This document shows, piece after piece, positions 24,959-33,590 of a stretch of DNA of 43,248 nucleotides. This DNA is from a virus. Its lineage: Duplodnaviria > Heunggongvirae > Uroviricota > Caudoviricetes. The translations under genes and the position numbers were made by a program. A model generated the notes under the pieces. That model did not search any database. It had not been told where the DNA came from and was given only the letters and a program-made list of their open reading frames with translations. The DNA is taken from IMG/VR virus record IMGVR_UViG_3300017788_000010; one strand, written 5' to 3'. Every line of letters begins with the position of its first letter. The first letter of the stretch is position 1.

Positions 24959-25696
24959 ATGCCCGCTCCCCTAGCACATCCTAAAAAGTCACGTTGGTTC
25001 GACTCTTCTATTTATGCTAAAATTGTCAAGGCGATAGGATCCGATACAGGGATCTTGTGCGTCAGACGCGCCTACGGCTTCCGTAATGGAGGCAACCAGT
25101 GGTCTGGGTGGGTGGCTTATCTGTCGTTCTTCAGACATATAGTAAAACTACCTATGGATTATAGCAGATGGGAACACTACGAGCGCGCCGCTGAGTTAGG
25201 CGGTCCTCGTTATATGCACACCCAGTTCTGCATCATATCTGCTCGCCCAACCAAACTGGTCGTGGATGCAGACAATCGACCGCATTGTGAAGACGGCCCC
25301 TTCTGCGAATGGGCTGACGGAACAAGGCTGTGGTCATGGCACGGGGTCCGCGTTCCGGGGTGGGTTATCGAGCACCCGGAGCTGATCACGGCTGACGACG
25401 TGACTGCCGAACAAAACGAAGAGGTGCGCAGAGTTCTTGTCGAGCGCATGACCCCTGAGAAATTCCTGGCGGAATCCAAGGCAGAGGTCATCGACATGGA
25501 CTTCGAGGGGACCGCAACCGGGTCCGCTGCGAGAGCGCTGCTTCGGGACAAAACCGGAGGGGTTTGGCTTGTGGGTACGGACGGTTCGACGAAACGTACG
25601 TACTACATGCCTGTAACGCCCACTATTAAGACCTGCCGCGCTGCGCATGAGGAGCGGTGCGGTTTCGATGAACGCCTCATTCAACACAAGTCCTAG
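24959..25696 (+). CDS. DUF6745-like protein, C-terminal piece
   Basis: GGNQWSGWVAYLSFFR...FCIISARP...DADNRPHCEDGPFCEWADG..LWSWHGVRVP...EQNEEVRRVLVER...GTDGST.RTYYMPV. Possible RBS AGGGA at 24946-50. Confidence 0.75.
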   Translation: MPAPLAHPKKSRWFDSSIYAKIVKAIGSDTGILCVRRAYGFRNGGNQWSGWVAYLSFFRHIVKLPMDYSRWEHYERAAELGGPRYMHTQFCIISARPTKLVVDADNRPHCEDGPFCEWADGTRLWSWHGVRVPGWVIEHPELITADDVTAEQNEEVRRVLVERMTPEKFLAESKAEVIDMDFEGTATGSAARALLRDKTGGVWLVGTDGSTKRTYYMPVTPTIKTCRAAHEERCGFDERLIQHKS

Positions 25697-25706
25697 GAAA
25701 AAAAGC

Positions 25707-26153
25707 ATGCTAGCTACTACAATAACAGCGTTAGAAGCCATTCGGCGCATCAACGAGTCGGCGGCGCAGCCGGAGCTCCGTATCTGCGAGACCACGGCCG
25801 TTGGCCAGGTCCCTGGTCACCAGGGCGATCTGTATATTCACCGTGTCGAGGACGGATTCCCGATCGGCGAGGTTTGGGGTAACGGCTCACGGCAGGTAGC
25901 CTTGGGCGACACCACCGGCTCACGCCACATCGCGGAGGGCGACGACGTCACCGTGTTCCACTCCAAGAAGCTGCCGGACTGGATTCGTCCGGCTGCCGGC
26001 GTGCCGGAGGACCGCTACCGCGGCCCCGTTGTCCGGGCTCCTAAGGGGTTCCGGCTAACGCATCCGGAACACGCCCATCACGACTTCCCGGCCGGGACCT
26101 ATTTCGTATCCTACCAGGTCGATGTGACGCGCGCTATGCGCGTCCAGGATTAA
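25707..26153 (+). CDS. DUF6745-partner small protein ((R/H)QGD...HxEH family)
   Basis: HQGDLYIHRV, VALGDTTGSRH and LTHPEHAHHDFPAGTYFVSYQ form the motif set of the small protein that usually neighbours DUF6745 genes (recalled). ATG 25707 is preferred. Confidence 0.65.
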   Translation: MLATTITALEAIRRINESAAQPELRICETTAVGQVPGHQGDLYIHRVEDGFPIGEVWGNGSRQVALGDTTGSRHIAEGDDVTVFHSKKLPDWIRPAAGVPEDRYRGPVVRAPKGFRLTHPEHAHHDFPAGTYFVSYQVDVTRAMRVQD

Positions 26154-26509
26154 TGCTACGCCTTCTCATGCTCGATGATGAATCTAGTCGGCATGAGAAG
26201 GTTTCTCTAGCCCTGACTAGGTGTATACAGACCCACTGCACCACACCAGAAGAACTAAGCGCCGCATTGCGTTCAGTGTCTTTTGATGTGGTGCTATTGG
26301 ATCATGATCTTGGCCAAGCTGAGACAGGGCTCGATTGCGTACGAGATAATATCCACCATTTTGCTAAGGCCTTCGTTGTGGTGCACTCCAATAATAAACC
26401 TGGAGCGGATAGCATGATAGGCTGCTTACGCGAATCGGGTATACCGTGCGAACATATTCCCTTCACCAGCGAGCGCCTAATTCAAGCACTTCTTGACGCT
26501 GGATTCTAG
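26153..26509 (+). CDS. Stand-alone receiver-fold protein, cyclic-phosphate-processing REC (cREC)-like
   Basis: LLMLDD..SR, VLLDHDLG, TGLD and VVVHSNN..G..SM. The DHDLG and HSxN motifs separate this group from ordinary CheY-like receivers. Confidence 0.65.
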   Translation: MLRLLMLDDESSRHEKVSLALTRCIQTHCTTPEELSAALRSVSFDVVLLDHDLGQAETGLDCVRDNIHHFAKAFVVVHSNNKPGADSMIGCLRESGIPCEHIPFTSERLIQALLDAGF

Positions 26510-26515
26510 CGACAC

Positions 26516-26794
26516 ATGCATATAGCAAAAGACTGCACGGAAGATGCTAAGCTATTGCAAGCGCTTCAGACAATATTCGCGCATAGAGCTGTTCTGGATG
26601 TTCACGTGAGTGCTGCTGGAACCAGTGTCTGGATAACCAACCGGCACGGTGAGCGTGTTGTCCAGATAGATAGCGCAACTATTGAATACGAACGAGCGGC
26701 TGTGTTCGACGAGTTTGCACCACCGCTAAGCGCGGTTGAGCTGGTGCTCATAGCCGTAGCACGGTTCTTAGACCGCCGCTCTACAACAAAATAA
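26516..26794 (+). CDS. Hypothetical protein
   Basis: 92-aa ORF; last gene before the convergent terminators. Confidence 0.55.
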   Translation: MHIAKDCTEDAKLLQALQTIFAHRAVLDVHVSAAGTSVWITNRHGERVVQIDSATIEYERAAVFDEFAPPLSAVELVLIAVARFLDRRSTTK

Positions 26795-26850
26795 GCCAGG
26801 CTGTCCCGGCTTATAAAGAAGACCCTCCAATCATGGGGGGGTCTTTTTTT
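26791..26850. terminator. Tandem hairpins; bidirectional terminator at a convergent junction
   Basis: ATAAGCC(A)GG-CTGT-CC(C)GGCTTAT (26791-26814), then AAAGAAGACCCTCC-loop-GGGGGGTCTTTTTT (26815-26850) with A-tract and T-tract flanks. Lies between the + stop at 26794 and the - stop at 26849. Confidence 0.8.
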
Positions 26851-27577
26851 ACTTTGTCGTGACTAGCTGGATCGGTGTGACGCTATCAAATTGACCGCTC
26901 ACGCTTTCAGAGATGACAACGCTGCCTGCGTCTAAGCCCATACCATGAGCCTCTATGAAGCAATCTTCCAGGTACACCGCACCATACGGGCGCTGTCTGG
27001 TGTCTTTGAACACCATGATTAGACCAAAGGGCACGTTAAATAGTTCCGAAGCAAGATTGATGTAGAAGTCCCTATTTTCCTTGTTCGGTGTGCCGCCAAA
27101 GCCCGGGGCGTTCTTCAACGGCTGGTCTGAGAACAAGGCTTTATACTGAGCGGGTATTGAGATACCTTCTCTACTCGGGTCGTCCGGATCAGTATTAAGC
27201 GCCTGACCGAACGGCCCTAGGGGGCCGCCGTTAGCACTTATAGGAGCAAGGGCGTACAGCATGCGCATCAGAGAAGGGCCATAGAACATGACTCTACCCA
27301 TGTTGAAGTTAGCGAACATGCGGCCCGGAACAAAGTAGGAGCGCTTCGAACCGATTTCGAACAAGCGTCCTACCTGTCTACTCTGCTGCATAGACATGTT
27401 TTGAAGCAGACCAAGCGGTATGATGGCGTTAGACGTCAGGCCTCCCGCACTGTTTAGGTGCGTGAAGCGTGAGGGGCCCGCCAAGATCAGCGTGGATTCA
27501 GACGACAGGTACTCGCCGTTTTTTATTTCGGCTTGTACGTGCTCTCCACTCCAGTTCCAGTCGAGAAAACTACTCAT
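26849..27577 (-). CDS. Tail tube protein
   Basis: Directly downstream of the sheath gene. PLGLLQNMSMQQSRQVGRLFEIGSKRSYFVPG and YLEDCFIEAHGMGLDAGSVVISESVSGQFD fit a contractile-tail tube pattern. Confidence 0.78.
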   Translation of the reverse strand: MSSFLDWNWSGEHVQAEIKNGEYLSSESTLILAGPSRFTHLNSAGGLTSNAIIPLGLLQNMSMQQSRQVGRLFEIGSKRSYFVPGRMFANFNMGRVMFYGPSLMRMLYALAPISANGGPLGPFGQALNTDPDDPSREGISIPAQYKALFSDQPLKNAPGFGGTPNKENRDFYINLASELFNVPFGLIMVFKDTRQRPYGAVYLEDCFIEAHGMGLDAGSVVISESVSGQFDSVTPIQLVTTK

Positions 27578-27592
27578 CTGCTTCTCCTACTT

Positions 27593-30500
27593 TTAGATAT
27601 ATATCGTTATCTCACCGCGTGCGGCAGAGAAGTACGGCTCTACTGTGTAGGTAAGTAAGAACGTGTCGGGCACAGTCTCACTTTCCTCCATGTTGGTAAG
27701 TTGAATCGATCGCATCTCGCGTCTATCCAACAGCTCCTTAGCAACCGCCCCCTGCTGAGCAGAGAGAAGAGTGAAGAAGCCTTCGTCCAGAATATACGGC
27801 CCTAGGAGGGGCTTGAGCTGCGTTCTCAGCTTTCTGGCAAAGTTGTCGATCTGTGATGTCACGCTGTCTTCCACGAACACCAGGTCCGAAGCGTCGGTTG
27901 TCAGCGCACGAATAGCTTGTACAGCTGAGCCAGCGCCGGCCACCTGCTCCATGTAGTACGTGCCGGCGTTTATCATCGTATCTTGATAAGGTGCGTTAGT
28001 GGCGAACGGGTCGCTTAGCGCATAGATGCCGGTTCCTGGCGTTCTCGTTAGCGGCTTAACAGGGCCGAAGCGCGCCCGCTTAGCCGCCTCTAGCGCACAT
28101 AGGTAGAACCCGCCAACATCGAAGTCTTCCACTTCTCCACCACCATAGAACCCGTCCGCAGACGTGCCTGTGGTGTCGGTGAACGATACCGAGACGTTGT
28201 CTGGGTACAGGTTACGAATGCGTCTGTTAGCTAGGCCAAGAGCGTAGTCTTTGATCGCGTCTCTCAGGCCCGCATCAGTCAGGTACTTGCTGGTGATTGT
28301 GAAGTCCACCACCGAGTAGTCCGCACCTACCGGTATGTTCCCGTCAGGTAGCATACGCACAACTGTGTCGCCAGCTATCGTGACCGCCAAAACGGTGCCG
28401 GTTGATTGGATCACTGCCGTACCGTTGAACGCCGAAACAGTAATCTCGTCACCAACCACGATACCTGAAGCGGTCATATCCTTATCTATCGTAACAAGCT
28501 GTTGTGTACCAGATCTTGTTATTGATGCGGTATCTCCGTCAACAAACTGAGCACGGACCGTGGTTCTCGGGAAAGAGGCGCTCTGGTACAGAATACGCTC
28601 GCGCTTGTTGTCCGGATCGGACTCTGTATCTACGTGAACCTGCGCAGCTGATAGTACGCTAGCTGATTGAGTTAGCGGTACTATCGAGTACACAACCGGT
28701 GTCTTGGCCGAGTTAAGCGCCGTCTGCCAGGCGTTTGTGGTGTCAGCAGCTACGCGCAGCGTGTAAACAGCTGTAGGTGTATTAGCTGTAGCTATACGGG
28801 CGGCAAGTGATAGCGGGTTGCTAGGAACAGCCGGACCAAGAAGCTCCTCGAATGTTGAAGCAGATACTTCCTGGACTGTTAGATCATCCGTACGCACCTC
28901 AGAGTAGGTCACAAGCACGTCACCTGATAGATCGGCTCCGGCTAGCGTCTTCTTGATGGAATAGCTTACCGAAGCAGACGAATCAGGTGCGATAACTAGA
29001 ACCGGATCTTCGCCGGCTTCTACCACCACGCCACCGCTTACAGCGGTCGGTGTCTGGAAGTACACGCCGCCCAGAATCGTGGAGGTTGGGGGAATTTGGT
29101 TAGGTGTCGATGAGGCCTCTTCCATTTCAAGGGTGGTGGCCGACACGACTCTACGTACTCGGAAGTCCGCTCTGCGGCCGGCCTCTCTTACTGAAAAGCC
29201 CAGACCAGCTACCGTCTCAGAAGAACCTAGCGCCAGTCCAGCAAACTCATGCAACTGAACAGCTACTTTATCCTGTTCCGCTGAGTTACTAGGAGAAGGC
29301 ACAGCCGTCACAATAAAGTCTAGGAACCCCGAGTCGTCAAATATCAAAGAGCCAACCGGCGCGGCTGTTCTAAAGTCGGTGGCAGCGGCTGTTAGTATTC
29401 GAGTAGAGCCGGTCACCGCTACTCCATTCAGAGTAAGAGAAGCGACTGCTCCTGTAGCAGACACGCTGGCTCCTGCATATGACGCTACTGCTGTGGGGCT
29501 AAACACGACATAGTCAATACCAGCGGCAGTATATCCTGCCGGAACCTCAGCGCGAACAAAGGGCGTGACACGGACGCGTGCGTTAGTGTCCGTTGCCTCA
29601 GAGCCGATCAGATCGTCACCCGGGCTCGAAACAACGAACGTCGGTCGATATATGCCGTCTGTTCCTTTGATGGCGATGTAGCTACCTGCTGACACAGGCG
29701 ACAGCGATGCGAGCGATGTATCATAGAACACGCGGCGGCCAGAGCCATCAGCGGCCGTGTAGGCACCTGTCGTAGAGACACCTACGATAGGGTCTAGCGT
29801 GCGCGCATAGAAGACCGCGCCGTTCTGCTCAGCCTGCGCTTCCGGCAATGTGGACGCAGCGAAGTTTTTGACCACCTGCGTTGTGCTGCTGCTTGTTCCG
29901 GTGATGCCGTAGAACGCGGGGTACAGCTCATTGGCGCTGTTGCGCAAGAACACCACACCACCGCCCGCTGCGTTGCCGTACAAAGCGAAGGTTATCGGTG
30001 ACGGGTATGTAACGACGCGTTCTGTAGCTACCACGACGTGCCCAGACACCGTAGTTCCGGCGCTGGCGCCCGTGGCGTCGTACACAACCCCATCTCCGGA
30101 ATATAGTATGTTCCAGTTATCTACGCGAACAATATCGTTCACTTTCGTGGCGCTGGTGAAGCCGCCCAACGCCGCAAAGCTGTCGCTGTGTGATACTAGC
30201 CGACGTATACCGTTACTGTCTTCAGGATATATCGTGTATTTAGATACCTCAGAGGCGCCGGCGGTTCTCGGGCCTTTGTCTTTTCGGCGAACAGTTAGGG
30301 CCGATTCTGACACTAGGCCGTTTGTGTCGACAACATATGTTGCTGTATTGTCAACATAAAGCTCAGTCCCATCAGCTACGCCGCTTGATATGAAATTAGC
30401 CGAGTCGTCGCTGAACGTACCGACCACAGGGCTAGAGGTGTTTGCCTGGAAAGCGCCCGCGGCACCAGAACCTACGGTGAATGTGGCGCTAGCCCCGCTA

Positions 30501-30832
30501 GCTATATCAAATGTGGGCGGCTGCGAAACAAGATCAAAAGTTACGCCGTCCAGCTCTGCCGTACCTAGTGTATTACGAACATGTACCTTAGGAATCAGGG
30601 TTGTGTCCGTGCTAGTTATGGGATCGATAGTTCCGCCTAGCCACCCGGGAAAGGCAACGTCTATCGCCGCGGAGTTAGCGTTCCACGATAATAGATCGGC
30701 TTTTGTTTGGAACTCGTAGTGCCTATTCAGGCCTATCAGCAGCACCGGCAGCTCCGAGGGAGGCACTACCGGAGTCACTGGCGTGAATACTTGGGTTATT
30801 CGTAGGTCGGGGCGTAGATTATTTGAAGCCAT
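27593..30832 (-). CDS. Tail sheath protein (large, 1079 aa)
   Basis: N-terminal RPDLRITQVFTP...PVLLIG; C-terminal sheath core LSLAARIA...W..AL...YSIVPLT...IDNFARKLR..L...LG.Y...PYFSAARGEITIYI; adjacent to the tube gene. Confidence 0.82.
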   Translation of the reverse strand: MASNNLRPDLRITQVFTPVTPVVPPSELPVLLIGLNRHYEFQTKADLLSWNANSAAIDVAFPGWLGGTIDPITSTDTTLIPKVHVRNTLGTAELDGVTFDLVSQPPTFDIASGASATFTVGSGAAGAFQANTSSPVVGTFSDDSANFISSGVADGTELYVDNTATYVVDTNGLVSESALTVRRKDKGPRTAGASEVSKYTIYPEDSNGIRRLVSHSDSFAALGGFTSATKVNDIVRVDNWNILYSGDGVVYDATGASAGTTVSGHVVVATERVVTYPSPITFALYGNAAGGGVVFLRNSANELYPAFYGITGTSSSTTQVVKNFAASTLPEAQAEQNGAVFYARTLDPIVGVSTTGAYTAADGSGRRVFYDTSLASLSPVSAGSYIAIKGTDGIYRPTFVVSSPGDDLIGSEATDTNARVRVTPFVRAEVPAGYTAAGIDYVVFSPTAVASYAGASVSATGAVASLTLNGVAVTGSTRILTAAATDFRTAAPVGSLIFDDSGFLDFIVTAVPSPSNSAEQDKVAVQLHEFAGLALGSSETVAGLGFSVREAGRRADFRVRRVVSATTLEMEEASSTPNQIPPTSTILGGVYFQTPTAVSGGVVVEAGEDPVLVIAPDSSASVSYSIKKTLAGADLSGDVLVTYSEVRTDDLTVQEVSASTFEELLGPAVPSNPLSLAARIATANTPTAVYTLRVAADTTNAWQTALNSAKTPVVYSIVPLTQSASVLSAAQVHVDTESDPDNKRERILYQSASFPRTTVRAQFVDGDTASITRSGTQQLVTIDKDMTASGIVVGDEITVSAFNGTAVIQSTGTVLAVTIAGDTVVRMLPDGNIPVGADYSVVDFTITSKYLTDAGLRDAIKDYALGLANRRIRNLYPDNVSVSFTDTTGTSADGFYGGGEVEDFDVGGFYLCALEAAKRARFGPVKPLTRTPGTGIYALSDPFATNAPYQDTMINAGTYYMEQVAGAGSAVQAIRALTTDASDLVFVEDSVTSQIDNFARKLRTQLKPLLGPYILDEGFFTLLSAQQGAVAKELLDRREMRSIQLTNMEESETVPDTFLLTYTVEPYFSAARGEITIYI

Positions 30833-30841
30833 AGAAAATCC

Positions 30842-31645
30842 TTAGTAGTTTCCTAGCCAGCGATTCTCCAGTGCCGGAGACTCTGTAACCTGCACAGGCA
30901 ACACCGTAATATGATACGGGCTTGTCTGCGAAATTGTTCTAGGATAATTGTATCCTGAAAGATTGTTTAATCCGGCGGCGATATTTCCCGGAGACGCAGT
31001 GGTCTGCAGCACCCACGTTATCGTCTGATCAACAATGAGGTCTACTCTAGCACTGAATAGCTCTATCTGGGAATCTGTTTTAATAGGCACCACAGGCCCT
31101 ATAGAGACAGTAGATATCTTATGAATTCTTGCTCCGTCTCTGATCATTTGACGAAATATTTTGATTCCACCACCCACTAACCACACAAGCTGATCCACTT
31201 CTGTGTCTCTTCTTGAGTAGCACGTTACAGATAGCCCCATTGTGGTGAGGTCCATATACGGCACTCTAGTGCGATCGTCTGTTCCTAGGCCTTTTGCCGT
31301 GGCACTGATGTGCACCAACTTCTTATGAGTAAAGTTGTCTTGCTTATTACCCACAGCTAGATTATTAAACTGAAACGCGCCCCTAGAAACTATGATCGTA
31401 GGACGTGAGTCTGGTTTTTTTAGCTCGTCCGAGAACGAGTCTGCTATAACTAGGCGGCTTTGGCGGGCGGTGTCTGAGTTTTCAGATACGTACAGAAACG
31501 GGTTTTGTGGCGCTCCTGCAAAATCAAATAGGGCTGGCTGTGAGAACAAAGACTCTAAAACCTGTATCAAAATCCGCCTTGGGTATATAAGCGGATTTGT
31601 TACAACGTCGTCTATCGACCCAAAGCTAGCTAGCCCTAAACTCAT
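30842..31645 (-). CDS. Putative tail completion/terminator protein
   Basis: Position immediately upstream of the sheath; RPTIIVSRG and beta-rich ISTVSIG...FSARVDL. Confidence 0.45.
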   Translation of the reverse strand: MSLGLASFGSIDDVVTNPLIYPRRILIQVLESLFSQPALFDFAGAPQNPFLYVSENSDTARQSRLVIADSFSDELKKPDSRPTIIVSRGAFQFNNLAVGNKQDNFTHKKLVHISATAKGLGTDDRTRVPYMDLTTMGLSVTCYSRRDTEVDQLVWLVGGGIKIFRQMIRDGARIHKISTVSIGPVVPIKTDSQIELFSARVDLIVDQTITWVLQTTASPGNIAAGLNNLSGYNYPRTISQTSPYHITVLPVQVTESPALENRWLGNY

Positions 31646-31932
31646 TCAGTCATCAGGTAGCGACCTACGGCCGCTTCAATTTCGTACCCGCGCTGCGCTA
31701 TACGGTCCGAAATACCGCGCAGGAAGTTCGGGTCTTCCATTAGCTGCGACAACGGCATATTAGCAACCTTGACAACCGCGTCCTCTTCGACAACGGGCGC
31801 CACGGCCTCTTCTTTTTCCTCAACCACGGATTCTTCCGTCGCCTCTGTCGCAGCCTCTTTTATGACTTCCGGAGTAGGCGGCATGCCAAGCGAGCGAAGC
31901 GAGGCTAAGAAACGTTCTTCAGATGTTTGCAT
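31642..31932 (-). CDS. Small acidic virion/assembly protein with KxA motifs
   Basis: RBS AGGAG; E-rich linker; IKEAA and VKVAN. Confidence 0.6.
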   Translation of the reverse strand: MQTSEERFLASLRSLGMPPTPEVIKEAATEATEESVVEEKEEAVAPVVEEDAVVKVANMPLSQLMEDPNFLRGISDRIAQRGYEIEAAVGRYLMTE

Positions 31933-31975
31933 GATTATCTCCTAATAACTAAGTGTGTTGTTGTGCGTAACTAAT

Positions 31976-32839
31976 TCAAATTCTAACTGACTTGATCACA
32001 TTATCTGCGGCCTGGTATGTGATTAAACGTCTAGCAACTGTGGGTCTTACCAACAGAGGCGCTAACGTAGATAAGTCTATTATAGGTATGTTATGCTCTA
32101 TATCTTCCGGGTTTAGTTCCTCTAATACCGCATTTTGATTCACTAACATACGGCCTTTTTCAGTGGGCTGAATAGACACGACGCGGTATCGTTTACCTGT
32201 CTCTAGAGCGCAGATCAGGTCCTTGGGACGTAGGATAGGGTAATTTGATAACAATCCTATGGTCGTGGCTGATTGCCTGTTGGTGTCTGACGGGGCGTTA
32301 GCTTTTGTTACTGGAGCAACCACACTAAGTGTTAGTATAGGGTTAAAATAGCCACCAGCATACCCGGTGTTAAAACAAGAAAGGCATCTAGAATCCGTTG
32401 TTTTCCTTAACACCGAATCCCAGCAAACAGAGCACCGAGGAGACGGGTCCGATTTTCTTTGATACACAAGTATCGGATCACCTCCCAGTTTGACGGCGGT
32501 ATTAGTTGCTTTTAGCAACGCCATGGACACCGCGTCTATTTCGTAGTTGATACGAACCGGGCCGTGCGTAAACGCGTCACCAGAATTATCAACCACCTCA
32601 AGTCGATAATACTGCACTATCCATCTATCGGATGTGTTTACCGCGGTATCTAGATAATACCCTGTATCTGCGGGGACGGCGGCTACTAAAACAAACCCGT
32701 CATGATCTACGGTAGATCGGTATATCCTAACAGTTGCGCCAATACTCTCAGAAGGAATACCCAGCAACCGCCAACCTATTATTTGGGTATGTGCGGTCTG
32801 CTGGGCGATAACGATGTTGGTTAGGCGCAGGGAGGTCAC
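31976..32839 (-). CDS. Putative neck/head-closure protein with Zn-finger insertion
   Basis: RCSVCWD...RCLSCFNTGYAGGY, LSNYPILRPKDLI and RYRVVSIQP; located in the neck gene region. Confidence 0.55.
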   Translation of the reverse strand: MTSLRLTNIVIAQQTAHTQIIGWRLLGIPSESIGATVRIYRSTVDHDGFVLVAAVPADTGYYLDTAVNTSDRWIVQYYRLEVVDNSGDAFTHGPVRINYEIDAVSMALLKATNTAVKLGGDPILVYQRKSDPSPRCSVCWDSVLRKTTDSRCLSCFNTGYAGGYFNPILTLSVVAPVTKANAPSDTNRQSATTIGLLSNYPILRPKDLICALETGKRYRVVSIQPTEKGRMLVNQNAVLEELNPEDIEHNIPIIDLSTLAPLLVRPTVARRLITYQAADNVIKSVRI

Positions 32840-32853
32840 AGGCGCAGCCTGCT

Positions 32854-33156
32854 TTAATCTTGCTCTTTATGCGGCGAGTAGTTGCTCTCGCTGAGCTGTG
32901 CAGCGGTGCCTACCCCGCGGCCTACGCGCTTTCCTACAAATCTGCCGGCGGCCCCGCCAGCAAACCCACCAGCTACACCCTTAGCAAGCCGACCAGCGGT
33001 CGACTTACCTTCCATGGCTCCAGCAGCAAACCCGCCCACAGAACCAATAGCGCCGCCTAGGGCCTTGTAGTTACGCTTAAGGCGGCTGGATCTGTCCTCG
33101 TCTGTTTCATAGGCCAGCTTGGCTAGCTCGTCCATAAACGCTTCCTGAAACCTCAT
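32854..33156 (-). CDS. Glycine-zipper membrane-type virion protein
   Basis: FMDELAKLA followed by GxxxG repeats (GGAIGSVGGFAAG; GVAGGFAGGAAG). Confidence 0.6.
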   Translation of the reverse strand: MRFQEAFMDELAKLAYETDEDRSSRLKRNYKALGGAIGSVGGFAAGAMEGKSTAGRLAKGVAGGFAGGAAGRFVGKRVGRGVGTAAQLSESNYSPHKEQD

Positions 33157-33590
33157 GTCTTTCTCCGTAACGTGGTGTAGGATGTTCTAGCAAGAGCGGC
33201 GCTCAGACCTGGATTAAGGAGCAACTCCTTAACAGGAACTGGGTTACGCGCCTCTATGTTCTTAGATGATAGATGTTTCTTATCCGCAGCCAGCTGGCCG
33301 CGGGCGGCTCCTAGCGGTATTCCCAAGGCAGCCCCCAGCCCAGCTCCAGCAGCGGCTCCTTGCACGGGCAAGCCTATGATAGCGCCTAAACCTAGACCAA
33401 CCAGACCGCTTATAATAGCGGCAGCTATTCCGCCAGCTACGCTTTGCTGCAGCCCCATAGAGGATCTAGCAGCAAATAGCTCCGGTTCAGCCAGGCCTGT
33501 ATTTTTTACTTCAGGCAGAGCGGGTGTCCGTTCTTTTTCGGCCGCGGCATATCCCGCAGCGAAAGCTTCTGCTAGGGCTTTAGTATCCAT
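33153..33590 (-). CDS. Glycine-zipper membrane-type virion protein
   Basis: AGGIAAAIISGLVGLGLGAIIGLPVQGAAAGAGLGAALG: two hydrophobic GxxxG segments. Confidence 0.6.
   Translation of the reverse strand: MDTKALAEAFAAGYAAAEKERTPALPEVKNTGLAEPELFAARSSMGLQQSVAGGIAAAIISGLVGLGLGAIIGLPVQGAAAGAGLGAALGIPLGAARGQLAADKKHLSSKNIEARNPVPVKELLLNPGLSAALARTSYTTLRRKT

Noticed and set aside
24991-25010. tRNA-like T-loop GGTTCGACTC
   Set aside because: The T-stem does not pair, there is no cloverleaf, and it lies within coding sequence (SRWFDSS).
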